A stretch of 64,000 nucleotides of DNA from the human T2T-CHM13v2.0 reference genome, Homo sapiens: NCBI RefSeq assembly GCF_009914755.1, contig NC_060929.1. One strand, given 5' to 3'. Below the pieces are notes generated by a model. It saw nothing but the letters and a program-made list of their open reading frames with translations. It had not been told where the DNA came from and did no database searches. Below are positions 39,256-52,739 of this stretch, in pieces; position 1 is the first letter of the stretch, and each line of letters starts with the position of its first letter. A program made the translations under genes and the position numbers.

Positions 39256-41641
39256 GGATCCTCTGACAAGTCTTTCCTCCCACGTAGTGAGGAAGTACTG
39301 TTCAGAGCAGGAAGCCACAGATGGTCCAGAAGGATCCTGCTGTGGACTCAAACTCTTGCTGGCAGCTGCTCCTAGGGCTCTGTTGTAATAATGTCCCTGG
39401 AATCAAAAGACCAAAAGAAAGTCCTCAGGCTTTGGCCAATCCTCATTCATTGTCTCCCAGTTTGACCAGATTGTATAGGATATAGATCTACAGCCAAAAA
39501 GCATTTGCAAGGAGACAGATGGCAAGAACCTAATGAACATCATGGCCAATGACAGAAAGTCTCTAGGGATGGAGACATCCAGCATCTATACAGCTCTACC
39601 TCTTTTTCACTACAAAGCCCAGAGGTGTGGATTGTGGAATACAAAGTGAAGCTCTGGTTGTGTGGCCTTCCTGGGACTGTCAAGCACTGGCTTGTTACTA
39701 AGGCTCGATTGCCAATGACACACAGACCCCAGGAGATGGTTTAACTCTACTCTTGTCTCAAAGCCCTTCCCAGTGACTCATAACTTTCTTTGACACCAGA
39801 ACAGCTGGGCCAGCCAGCTGGAGAGAAGACATACAGATGTAGCTGGCTGGAGTTTGAGGGGTAACGGGGCTGTGCAGTCAGCCTAGTATCCTGCAGTGGG
39901 CTACAGACTGGAAGTCTCCCCCTCTGCAGACAAGTCATGGGTGGGGACACTGGCTCTGTCATGACCGTCTCTCATCCTTCAACACATGTGTGTTTAGAAT
40001 AGAAAGCACTGCAGCTCTTCTTCAATGGCCAGTTGGGGGATGTTTTATTTCTTTGGGGAATATTAGATCCTTGAGCCAATCCATCTGGGGAAGGTATGAG
40101 AGAGAGTACTCTGGCCAGAACATACCACCTACCCAGATGTCTCGGCGTAAAACAGAACTCAAATGAGAGAATGTGTGAAAGGCTGAGAAGTTAGAGGGGT
40201 GAGGGAGAGAAAGAGATAATTTTTGTTTCTGAGAAAAACATTTAAAACAAAGACTGACTACCCTTTCACTAACATAATTTTAGATTAGTTGTTATACACC
40301 AGAAAAAAAGTATGAAACATATATGTGTAAAATCCTCATTAGAAATGGCTTGTTTAGGCAACATTGTGCACATTGAAGGTACTTATTAAATATTTGTTGA
40401 TTTTGATCCAAATAGCTTTGGGTATTTTTAAATATCAGTGCATTCAGTACCCCAGTGATTGTAAAGGGGGCTGTTTTTTGTTAATGAAACTTGAAATACA
40501 AGCCAAGATTGACTGATTTTTTAAAGTGTCGTGAATATTGCAGTTCTCATATATAAGCAACTAGTAACAGTGTCTCTGAGGGAGGAGGTGTAGGAGGTCA
40601 GATTTGGGTAAGAAACTCACTTTTTATGTTGTACATTTTTATGTTTTATTGACAATATTTTTCTTGTGCATGTGTTTTTTTAGAACAAAATAAAACTAGT
40701 TACTATTTTTTAAACTCTTTGTCTCTAGAGGCAAACCTAGAGCTTAGACCTACTGATAACCTGCCAGTTCCCACTAAACTAGAAAGAAAAAAGGATTTTT
40801 CCCAGGATCCCGTCTCTTCGCAGTATGGTCAGCCAATAGAAATATTCTGGAATACAGGATGCGGGTGAGGGAATTTATAGGCATTGTGGTGTCAGTAGTG
40901 ATAATTCTAGTCGATCTGTGATGCAGATGGATGTATATGGTGGCTGGTGGTTTACACAGCACTATAAACCCGCCTGCGTGCCATATGAATGGCTAATTTA
41001 TTAGCTTTCAAATAAAAATGTAGCAAACTCAGAAAGGCAGGCCACAGTGCAGTCTAACACAAAGAATCAGATGAGCTCAAAGCAAATAACCTTCATATTT
41101 TTTATTTTATGCTCCATAAGTGGGATTCCAGTACTGCAGATGGGAACTTTTTTTTTTCTCCCTTCTCTATCTGCACGTTGATTTCTGGGCAGGCACCTGC
41201 CCCCTTGTTCTCTGTCTTCACTGGCCTTTCTTCCTGTTCATTTCCTATGGCAAAGGAAGCCCAAATGCTGCTTTTGAAGCATCCCCAAAGGACACCTGAC
41301 ATTTTAAAAGCTGAATGAGTGTCCTCCCCTGAGACAGTCATCTTCGACCATCTCAGAATGACTGCTCCCAGAGAAGACAGGAGATTGACTAAACTAGAGA
41401 GAAAAGAAAGAATTCATCAGGAGAGCGAGGAGGGCAGTGTGGAGAGGTGCCCACTGTGCAAGGATGTGGTCAATGAGTTTCCTCCATCCCATCCCAGTAC
41501 CCTTTCTGGGAACTGAGCTGCACATGACCACCTCCTCTTTTCTCTTTTTATTCATTTATTCAACTAACACTGAGCTAAGCACTAAGAAAGGAGCAAAGGC
41601 ATGTTTCCTCCTTTTTTGGTTCTCCTTCTCCTCAGAGCTGA

Positions 41642-42034
<393 letters not shown>

Positions 42035-42088
42035 TAGACAGCAGTTTCATATTTTTATGCAAAAATATGCATAAAACTGAGTATAGAC

Positions 42089-42266
42089 CAGTGCTTTCCA
42101 AACTTGCCTGCACATTGGAATCACCTAGAGAGCTTCAAAAATTAAAGATGTCTGTGTTCCATACCCAGAGATTTTGACTTAAGTGGCTTGGGTGTGACCT
42201 GGGCTGTGAAAAATTTTAGTAGAACCCCAGGTGATTCTAGTGAGTAGACAAATATCGGAGCCGCTG
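42089..42266. mobile_element. MER5-family (hAT-Charlie) DNA transposon
   Basis: CAGTGCTTTCCAAACTT...cacattggaatcacct...ccccaggtgattcta...CCGCTG with palindromic ends. Confidence 0.82.
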
Positions 42267-43194
42267 ATACAAATACAAATGGCATCCATATTACAATCCT
42301 AATCCCTTTCATTTCAATGCCTTCAGCCACAGCCAGGGATAATTAGCCATGATTCAAAAACCTTTACTTGTGCCAGCTGCATGGAGTGGCTTTAAAAATA
42401 TCTAAGTTTATTTCATGTCCAATAACAACTGGACATTGAAACCTACCCTCATGCCAACCCACTTACAGAATATAATTTAATCCATTAAAAATTACAGGGA
42501 GGCATACAGAAACTTCTTTTCCAGCATGGGGCGTGCAAAGTATTTCTAATGCAAACACAGACAATAGGTATGTTTTCTTTTATGACAAGGTTGAAATAAA
42601 GCAGACCTAATGATCCCACCCAGATGCTGTGGAGAAGAAGCCATGTGAATACTGCACGAGGAAGCCTATCTCCCAGCCTTATCAAACCCACTTTTCTCTT
42701 CAACTGTGCCCTGGTAACCTGGGAAATATAAATTTTGATTACTGATTGCTGCATTGTTAGTAACTGACTATTTATCATCAGTAGCTGGTCACCAGTGTCA
42801 GTCCAGACTTAATTATCTCAGCTGAAGGGAAAGTAACCCCATGAAAGAATTGTTTTCCAATTAAAGCAGCATGGAACATGTGATTTGTCTCTCTGACCAT
42901 ATCCAGTTCATACTCCTTTTCAAGTTATTTGTATTGTCTTCTTTTCCTCATTACAAGCTCGGGTTGTGAATCTTAGGTTCCCTAGCAAGAAACACATAAA
43001 TATCAAGAGGGCAGCTGTCAGACCTTTAAAAAAAAAAAATCATGAACAGTCACCACCAAAAACATTACAGTAATTACAGAGTTTCCACTAGCAAATGCTA
43101 CACTTAGGGTTAAAGACATCTTTCAACATAACCATTTATTTTCATAGGTTCCTAACCTCCTATAGAATGTGTGTATAATTACATGGGTATGTAT

Positions 43195-43259
43195 ACACAC
43201 ACACACACACAGACACACACACACACAGACACACACACACAGACACACACACACACACA
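43195..43259. repeat. Interrupted (CA)n microsatellite
   Basis: About 32 units with three GA interruptions. Confidence 0.95.
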
Positions 43260-43584
43260 ATTTTTAGAGCTTATTCTTTAGGGGTTAGGATCAGATGCTC
43301 TATGCTGTGTTATAGCTATTGGGTCAATGACAAGGAAACAAGGAAACCATTTTTCTACTAGCACAAGTATTTTAGGTAAAGATCTAGACAATGGCATCTC
43401 TGAACTCTTCATTTTTCTTATCTTGTTTTTGCCATTAGTTTGATATTTATTTTGCATGTCTGCCCATTTGCCTATCTAGACAATTCTTTATTCCTGGAGC
43501 AAGGACAAAAGTTTATCTTCTCTGTGACTAACTCAACCCTGATCACTTTGTAAACATGGCCTTTGAAGTCTGGGTTGTTTAAGA

Positions 43585-43690
43585 AAATATTTATTCAGCA
43601 CCTACTGTGTGCCAGGCATGTTCCCGACACTGAGTATTCCCCATGAACAGAAGAGGTCTCTGCTTTCATGGAGCTTATATTCTAGTGGGC
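43585..43690 (-). mobile_element. L2 3' terminal fragment
   Basis: aaatatttattcagcaccctactgtgtgccaggca...ctctgctttcatggagcttatattctagtggg. Confidence 0.75.
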
Positions 43691-43860
43691 TTCCACCCTA
43701 GTCCTTCCATTAGTGGCTGAGTGGCCTTGGGTTATTTAATCTGTGTAAGGCTCAGGTTTCTGTGCTCTAAAGTGGGATAATGATGTTTTCCCTTCGTACA
43801 GCTGTTATTAGGATAAAGAGCTCCTGGCCCATGAAGAGTTATTTAATTAATGTAAGCTTC
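43690..43860 (+). mobile_element. MIR fragment
   Basis: tagtggctgagtggccttgggttatttaatctgtgtaaggctcaggtttc...aaagtgggataat. Confidence 0.6.
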
Positions 43861-44689
43861 CATTTTCTTCTCAGTCTCCTGTATCCTTTGAGTTTCACTG
43901 GAAACTCAAAGTATCCTCACCTTTCAGCATTTTGAATTTTGTATACTTGTTTCCTATACCTATATACCATCCCTTGTTTCCTAAAAACATTTTCCTACTG
44001 TAGTTCCAATTTCCCCCTGTCCTCAAAACTTCCCACCCACAGCCTTCTGTGTCTTGCACTGGAGCTGCCTATATTTCTTAGAAGATGGTAACGGCAGTTT
44101 GGTGTTTAACCAAAATTTTGTGGAAACTTAAATTATTCCTTTGGGAAAAAGAGGGCACATTTTTCAGTACCGTGCCAATGTAAAAAGGAGGAATAGCCTA
44201 TAGTCATTGGTGGTAAGTCATTATCTACTTGGCTTGTAGTTCTCTTCCCAACTGCATTACAAACACCTCAAAGGGAGGGGCCGTTTTACTTCTATTTACT
44301 TTCAGCAATTCAAATTAAGCATTTATTGTCTATATGAGCAAGGAACTGTTTCAGGTGCTGTGGCCAGTACAAAGATGAAGGCTGGCTGAAGGAAGCAGCA
44401 TTTAAAAACCTCTCTGGAATCTTTTCACCTAGCAGCCAGCTGCCCTAGGTTAAGAATATATACCAGAATTTCAATAAACTGCCCCTAACAGAAAGTTTTA
44501 AGAATTTTTCACTCTTCGATTGACTTGGGTGGGTGGGTGAGGGCTTTGGAGGGATGGCTCTTATTGGATCTTCCTTTGCCTTTTCCCCCCTTCTTTTTTA
44601 TCCTTTGTGTCTTGAACTACTCTTCCCATGACTATGGTTTTTCTTTTCAATCATTTTCCTATTAACAGCCCCTCCCCACTCCACTTTTC

Positions 44690-44950
44690 TATCCTTTCCC
44701 TTTTCTGCCTTGTGAATTTCTACCCTTTTCTTAAGACACTCTTCAAACATCACCTTCTCTGTGAAGTCTCCCCTGATTCCCACTGACAACTAACCACTAA
44801 TGTCTCTCTTTTTTCTTTCGAAATACTTGAGTGAGCTCTATCATAGCAATCAAATTGACATTATTTGTTTACTAATCTATCCACACCATTAGTGAACCTG
44901 GCAAGGGCAAATGAATGTTTGATTGGTAAACAAACGGATCAATGAATGAT
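44690..44950 (+). mobile_element. L2 3' fragment
   Basis: tcttcaaacatcaccttctctgtgaagtctcccctgatt. Confidence 0.55.
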
Positions 44951-47676
44951 CTAAAATACAATCCCTGTCCTCAGAGGATTTACAAATTATGGGGTAGACA
45001 GGTATACCAATAAAAAGCTGCAAAATAAAGTATAAACACATACGTCGTATAAGAAAGAAAAACGCTATAGATTTTAAGTTTTAACTTTTCCAAGGGGCTT
45101 ATATTACTTACTTAGCTCACTTTATAATGAACTGTCGCCCTTGAAGAAGTTACTATAGATTGCACTAGGCTTTCTTTTTTAAAGGCCTTAGTGCTAGCTC
45201 AAAACTCCTGTTCTATATACACGCCCAGGTAACGCACATCAGACTGACACCCAGCATTTGCCTTTCTACTTGCAAATACAGGTCTTGAAATATACATGAA
45301 ATGTAAGATGCTGGTATTCTTACAGTAACACAGCAGTTTCACATTCTATGAAATCCCTGACCTAGTTACATTGCTGAGGGCACAGCTTAAGTGCATATAA
45401 TGCCCAGCATGAGGAAAAAACTGTTATCTTGAGAAAAGTAAATTTTGCATTCCCCAAGTTCTGTATTTTTAAATCTGTGACCTTAATATTACATTAGATA
45501 TTTTATTCAATTATATGGACAATGAAATAAGAACTGAGAAAGATATAGCTGGCCCCGAATCTCCTGGGTGTGAAAAGATGATATTTATTGTGTCTACTCC
45601 CGACAATAAAGTTTAAACTGTTACTTAAAGCTCCAGCAAAATATCAATTCAAACACAAGTTAATTCTTCACAGTCATACTTAACATTATATATTTTTTTC
45701 TGAACTAAAAAAAAAGAAGCAATTGAATATTTCTGCCCTAAAAAATGGATAGAGTTGGATCTTTCAAAATGTTGGAAAAAGAAAATTAAACATGGCCAAA
45801 AGACGAATATTGCCAAATTAAACAAATGGATTTGGGGTTTGCAAAATAAAATAAACTATTCCTAATGCTTCAATACGAGGAAATACATGCGCTTTTTTCT
45901 ACTTGCATGGAAGTATTTCTCACATAAGCACTTTCAAAACAATGATCTTTTATACCCAATAAGCCATGAAAAGTTGAAAGTATAAGGGAGGTTGAGGAAG
46001 AAATTCTTATCCACCTTCTTCCTAAGAGCTGATGTCCTGTGTGCTGGGAGAAAGAAGTCGGTAATGTGTACGTTTAACCTCAAATGTATACAAATGTTTT
46101 TCTAACATATTCTTTGTGGTTCAACAATTCTTTTATTTTTTCTTGTCAAACCAGTTGGTTCTAATGAGTCTAATGATTAGTCTTCGTAGTCAGAGTTAAC
46201 AGTATAACGTGACAGTTAGTAACGACTTTCAGTTAAAAGTCAACCCTGTGATGCACAAAACCTTGGATAAGATTAAATTTTAACAGCTTCCAACTAATCT
46301 AAAGGCAGAAGTCCAACTCAGGTGTTACTATTTTAATAACACTCAAATCTAAAAAGCATAAAGCAAATGCATATTAAAAGAAGAACAAAGATGCGAATTA
46401 GAGAACCAAACAAAGGAAGGAAAACAATACAGGTTTTTCCTTAATTAACAACTTTTGCAAGACATAAGTTGCAGATACAATTTCCTGTAGGTCATATCAT
46501 TTAGGTGAATCTAGTTGTAAAGCAATTTAGAACTCTCCAGGAACAGTAGAGTTTAAATAACTAACCAACAAATGTGCAGTCTTTTCTTTTGCTTCCTTTT
46601 CCTTTCTTCGCTTCCTTAACAATTGGAAAAATATTCTTAAATTATTAATATAGTACCCGATTTGCTTCTCATTTCCCAATTTCATTCATTGAAACTAAAA
46701 GTAAATAGCAAGCCTTAGTAAACTTCCAGCCAGGTTTCTTGCTTACAAATATAATGTGGATTTCTGGAAGTGCCCAGTTAAAGGGAAGTACAATCCCACA
46801 GACCCCAGTACCTTGCTGACCAATGCCTCCTGCCCAGCCCCATCCTCATTCGCCTTTACAATATCAAGCTGATACTGCAGAAGCAGTTGATTGTCAGGAG
46901 AGCCAGCTCAGGTAAATTAACTTAATGAAACAGATGACTTTGTATGTATTGAAACTGACTAGGCGCTCAAATATCCACTCAGCTAATGAGCTTGCGATAG
47001 GACCCTGGCAGAGGTGTCATCATTCTGCCACTAAAAGCCTTTCTGCAGCCCTGCATCCTATCTTCCTGTCTGAAAAGCAGGCAGAAGCTTAACAGCCGCC
47101 AAGCTTCCAAAATGCAAACAGCAGCAGTTGCCTAAGTTGTGATTGATGGTACACAAAAATACATGGCTACTTCACAGATATTCTAGCCTGCAACAAATTA
47201 GGGATCTAAACCTTTGTGCTAGGCAGATAGCCAGTGTATTGTGGGGGACTGCTGTGGCTCTATAATTATATCCAGCCTGATAATCATCCGTTCTACCGCT
47301 GTGAATGGCTGTACCCTGGGACTTTAATTTCGCCATCCCCTTCCAGCAGATAATGCCTGACCCTGTGTCACTTTGACTGTGAAACACATGAAAAAGACAA
47401 ATGAGTTTTTCTCTGACCATGTTAAATTAACTAACGGATTCAAGTTGTGAAACTGGCATAATAATAAGCCAAGGCTCTGCTGGTACTGGGTGGACATTCA
47501 GACAGTCTCTAAGGGTGTTATTAACCTCATGCATGAAAACAAAACACAAACACCAAAAAAGAATCTGGCCAGTGTGAATAAAGAGTCTGTTTAGTGTGAA
47601 TAGGGATTAACCAAATATTTTATATTCCAACCAGTTATTTTAGTATTTTGAGACACAGCTATAAGAGAGTGTTGAA

Positions 47677-48010
47677 TTACTAGAGGTGAGGAAGGATGGG
47701 AAGAAGGAGAGCTTGCTAGAGGTTGGTTAACAGATACAAAAGTACAGCTAGATAGGAGGAATTAATCCTAGTGTTCTATAGCACTGTAGGGTGACTATAA
47801 TGAACAACAACAACCTATTGTATATTTTCAAACAGCTAGAAAAGCAGATTTTGAATGTTCCTAACACAAAAACACAGTAAATGTTTGAGGTGATGGAAAT
47901 GCTAATTACCCTGATTTGATCCTTACACGTTGTATACATGTATCAAAATTTCACACAGTATCCCATAAATATGTACAATTTTTATGTGACAATTTAAAAT
48001 AATAATAAAG
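47677..48010 (+). mobile_element. L1MA-type 3' end fragment
   Basis: gttggttaacagatacaaaa.tacagctagataggagga...atgtttgaggtgatgga.atgctaattaccctgatttgatc, then A-rich tail. Confidence 0.88.
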
Positions 48011-48169
48011 GAGGGAAAAAAGAAGACCACGCAGCTGGAGAACATCAGAAGCAGGATTAAAACTCAGTTTTCAATGGTTCCAAAACCATGAAGAATTTCC
48101 ACAAATCCACACTGTTTCAAAAAAGAAAGAGAAAGAAAGAGTTGTTTTATGGTTTAAAACTAGGCATTA

Positions 48170-48490
48170 GCTGAAGGCAAACTAACACAGGAACAGAAAA
48201 CCAAATACTGCATGTTCTCACTTATAAGCAGGAGCCAGACACTGAGTACACATGGACACAAAGATGGAAACAATAAACACGGGAGGCTGCTTGAGGGCGG
48301 GTTGGGGGAAGGAGCATAGGTTGGAAGGTTACCTATTGGGTACTATGCTCACTACCTGGGTGACGGGATCATTCATATACCAAGCCTCAATGACACACAA
48401 TTTACCCATGTAACAAGCCTGCATGTATACCCTCGGAACCTAAAATAAAAGTAGAAGAAAAAATAAAAATAATGACAACAACAACAACAA
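48170..48490 (+). mobile_element. 5'-truncated L1PA15/16-like 3' end
   Basis: caggaacagaaaaccaaatactgcatgttctcacttataag...acctattgggtactatgctcactacctgggtga...; TSD AAAA(C/T)TAGGCATTA (48156-48169 / 48490-48503). Confidence 0.9.
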
Positions 48491-49314
48491 AAATTAGGCA
48501 TTAATTGAACGATTTTATAATCAACATTTCCCTCTTTTCTTTCAGAGTTGTATTTTGTTTTCCCAATCAGAAAGTGGCTATAATTCAATATCCTTGAAGA
48601 TATACTCATTTGAACTAAATGTTGTAAATGTTAAATATCTTAGAAGAGAAATATCTCAGTGTTTACATTACTTTCATGCCAACATAAAAAGGCACTATTG
48701 CTTCCAGTAATTAGTAAAAGACATTATAATCTGTACGGAGAGTAATTGTGCAAATTCCAGTCTTGTAGTTATGTAGGCACTCCCTGTTATGCATGGTCTT
48801 AATTTTTAATATGTATTTTCTCTTAGCTCACTAAAATATCACGGATTTCATATTAATGCAGCTGAAAAGATAAATGTCCTTTCCCATGTTCCCATCAGAG
48901 GTCTGTGTGTTCTGGGAGGTTAAAAAATTATAACTCAGCTGTTCCATACCGTATTAAGATTGAAATCTGGCATCCCAGATGTGAATTTGTTTCCAAAATG
49001 AAACAGAATCTGGTAAGCTTTTTTTAAGAGAAAAAAATATTTTAGAAGCTTATTTTTAAAGTAGACTCATATTGCGTTCATGGGTGCTTTTAAGATAAAA
49101 CTGTATACAGTTTTATTTAAAACTGTTTGGACTTCTGATGGGTAAAACCCCACATTTATCTAAAATTTTTACCTTTAAAAACAGGCCAATGAAAATGCAG
49201 AAGTTGTATTACCTTTCTTAATCAGTGACCAAAAATACATGCTTGCCTTTTCTTTAGGTGGTATATTTTCAAAAAAGCTCTCTCTGCCCAAGAGGAATTT
49301 ATTTTTGCAAAGTA

Positions 49315-49540
49315 ATATTTTATTGTGTGTTTACTGTATGACAGACACAGACCTAGCTCTTGATGTGTAATGACTCACTTAATCCTCACAATAGCTTTAG
49401 ATATATGCCATTATTATCCCCATTTGACAGATAAGGAGACTTCCCAAGGTCACCTGCTAACTAGTAAGTTGGGGAACAGGGATTTGAACCTGGGACAAAC
49501 TGGCTCTGAAGCTCACATTCTTAAGTACTATGTGTATTGC
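49315..49540 (-). mobile_element. MIR
   Basis: ttaatcctcacaatagc...attatccccatttgacagataaggagac..cccaaggtcacctgctaactagtaagt...gggatttgaacc. Confidence 0.8.
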
Positions 49541-49744
49541 CCCTCTGATCATAGTCATTTCCCTAATCTTACCTTCACTAAACATTTAATAAGTGCCAAT
49601 TAATCTATGTGCAGGGCACTATACTAGAGTTGAGTGTGGGGTTGGGGGAGGCGGTGGGGATTGGGGGGATCCAGAGTAGAGAAAAGGGGTCAATAAAGTT
49701 TTTTTTAAAAATGCAATCTCTACACAGTTCTGCAGGTCAGATGG

Positions 49745-51222
49745 ACATGACTCAATGACTACAACACAAAGTAAACGCTGCACTTTGCAGATTGGTCCCT
49801 CCAGCTTTTGGGAATTGTAGGACCTGTAGTGCAGTGTCTCTGAGGCACGTGGAGCCCTCTGGATGTTTCACCCGGGCCCAATCTACCTTGTGTAAAGGCC
49901 CTCCTGTTCGACTGGAGACATTTCCCAGGACCTTCCTAAAAACATTCAAAATCTGGTGGTGAAAGTCCTTGTGTAAAATTTTGACGCTAGGTGTCCTCCA
50001 TCCCTTGCTCCTGTTAGATATAGTGATTCCCAAGTTTCTCTTCAAAGAATACTTGGGGGAAGGGGGTTCTTGTTGAATTATTTCAGTATGTTCAGCCCTC
50101 TTATTCTTTGATTCTCCATTTTAAAGTTTAACGTCCTGGTTCTGTTTGCCCCCTTGCTTCTAGTTTCAGTAAACCTTTTCCACCAGTTTTAATCAGTAGT
50201 TCACATCTGTTCCCCTGGTCACCTGCTCTGTCCTGACTCATCCCAGTCACCTGCTTTGACCTGAGTCACCTCTGGTCACCTGCTGTAACCTAAGTCACCT
50301 TTAGTTACTTGTTCCTAACTGTCCTTCCCACCAAGCCACTCACCCTGCCACTCTGGCTCATACCCCTGCTCTCTTTAAAAGAGCCAACTGGAATTAGCTG
50401 AGACTGTGCAGTCCAACCCTAGCCAATAGGGGAACAACACAGAGGTAGGGACCACCTGCATCAGGAATAAGAACCCCTTCCCCTCCCTTGTTCAAGTGTG
50501 CTCTCACCATTACTGTATTTACAAGTCAAACGCTTCTATAGAAGTAAAAATTGCCTTGCTGAGGAAATTAAATTTATGTTCGAGTGCTATTTCTTTGTGG
50601 CACCGAGGAACAAGCATTTCTAACATTCCCAACCTCCTGAGTCAACACCATTTCTTGATGTGATTTATGCCAAACACTTAAGACACTGCTGTATTTTGGA
50701 TGGATCAAGCCTACTTAATCTTTAATCCTAAAGTAGAAAGAAGCAACTGGGGGCCTTCGGTATAGAAAGTGGGGTCAGGCGGCCAACAAAGGGAATATGA
50801 ATGTATATCCAAGTCACTGAGATACTTTTATGCAGGTGCAAGAAATTTATGTCAAAGTGGCCACAAGACTGTTTAATAGGAGACAGACAAATGTAACTCC
50901 ATGTTTACTGCTAGAAACCAAAGTTTTGTGTGAAATCTTGAATTTATGGGGAGGGAGAGAGGGTAGCCTGTAACCTGCCTGTTCTTTTTCTGATCCCTCC
51001 CCCCCAGTCCTGAACTGCAGGAGATGGAGCCCCTCTGGGCTTCGGTGACCCCATCACTGGGGTGTGTTTATTTGATGGTTGATTTTGCTGTGCTGGACAC
51101 TCCCTTTCCCATTTTCTAACCATCTTGTAACACATGCTGACTCTTTTCCCTTCCCTTCTCTTTTCCCTAGGAAAATCAATGAATCAGTAAAGACTTATCG
51201 GTACTGGAAAAGAAAAAAAAAA
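49745..51222 (+). pseudogene. Probable processed retrocopy (parent not identified), split by an LTR10
   Basis: mRNA/3'UTR-like sequence matching no repeat I recognise, ending in AGTAAA (51186-51191) and then an A tail at 51208-51222. 5' boundary and TSD uncertain. Confidence 0.5.
50012..50625 (+). mobile_element. Solo LTR10 (LTR10A-like, ERV1/HERV-I group)
   Basis: TGTTAGA...TCTAACA termini, 4-bp TSD CTCC/TTCC, internal GTCACCTGCT repeats with AP-1 heptamers, CCAAT box; highly similar to the element starting at 63265. Confidence 0.88.
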
Positions 51223-52739
51223 GTCCTCTGTATGTCACGGTGCTTTGTTATTCTCTCAAACTCCAGTGGACATTAATAACATCCCTCTGGATGTGGTTGC
51301 TCTGAAAGTGCCAGCTCTTAGCATTTTGTCACACTTAGCCAATTGTTAAGGTATCATTAACAGGGACACAGACAGAGATGACAGGTGTAAACAGTTTATA
51401 ATTTACAAAGTGCAGGATCAGGTTTCTCCACCCCCTCTGCCAAGAGATCACAAACACATCTTAACTTGGCCCTGTGTAGGCATGGCAGAAATTCTTACAG
51501 GACTGTTTGAAAATAAATCCTATCACACATCTATTTGGTAAAGTTTTGGCCTTTTGATCTTTTACTGTTAATTCAAACTATGCAAAGCTTTGAGTTAATT
51601 GCTAAGTCAACATTTCAAAATGCTCTGTACAACTAAATACACACATGTGCCCTGGAACCCTCTGAATGGGCTTTCTACTCTATGTCATAGATTTCCTTCT
51701 TTGTTTTTCCTTTTTTTTTTTTTTTCCACTAGTCGTGCATTGGAGATGGCAGGTTTGAAATGCCTAACAGTTGAAGAGACTCGACACTGCTGCTCTGTGC
51801 ACAGATGTGGGATTTCTTACACCTTTTTAGTCAGACCTACTTAGCTGCCTTTTGCATTTTTCAATGCTGACATGTTTCAGTAAAACTTTGACTAACTAGA
51901 ATACTTGGGGGAAGGGGGTTCTGGTTGAATGATTTCCTGGTTAAACTAAAAGTTATTTAGAAAGCCCTTTTTATTGAAAATCTTTCCAAAGTATATCAGC
52001 ATACTTTTCTCTGGAGCGAGGCGGCACTGTCAGAGAAAAATTGTACAGTATGTAGCTGTTTGGAAGGACTGTGAAACAAATTTAGCAAAGCTGCTAACTG
52101 CTTATCACTCCTTTCTCTAGCTGGAAAGCAGCACCTCTCAGTATCCTGAGGTAGCTAAACCCTACTACTCTCTTCAAAATTTATTTTGCCCTTTAAGCAG
52201 AAGCCTGGATCTTTATCAGGGGACAAACAAAGGTCCTGGGGCCAGCAGCCCTCACCTTTCATCCCTCACACCTCCAGGCTTCACTCCCTCCAGTCTCCAC
52301 TTAGGTCCATGGCTGCCTCTCCTTCACCTATGCTGGGAATTCATTCTCTCCAGCCTCCACAAGGCAGCCATCTCTATGCCCTTTCTCTGGTAGTTTCATT
52401 CTCTCCCAATTCACTGATACTCCCTAAATATGCCTGTCTCCCTATTCCAAACGAACCTTTCTCTCCACCTTTTCTTCCCTTGAGGGAAAAGTCCTTTCCT
52501 TCATTGCCAAACACCTTCCAAGGGTGGGCACAACCTACATTTACTTCCTAACCTCTTATTCATTCTAAAACTATCTTTTTCTTCCTTCTGTAACTTCACC
52601 AAAACTACTTTCAAAAAGGCAATCAGACTATCTACTGGATCCTATGGCTTTATCTCAGCAAGCCTTATTGATTCTTCCTAAATTTAACTAGAATTCCTTC
52701 CCTTCCCTGTCTTTGCTGCCACCATTTTGTTTTGCTGAA

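Noticed and set aside
40800-40870. Possible small plus-strand exon (tttttcccag|...cgg|gtgagg)
   Set aside because: Isolated splice-like motifs of this quality are common by chance and have no supporting context.
50216-50320. Spaced ~29-bp repeats resembling a CRISPR array (also 63445-63580)
   Set aside because: They are the degenerate internal tandem units of LTR10, with no unique spacers and no cas genes, in a primate intron.
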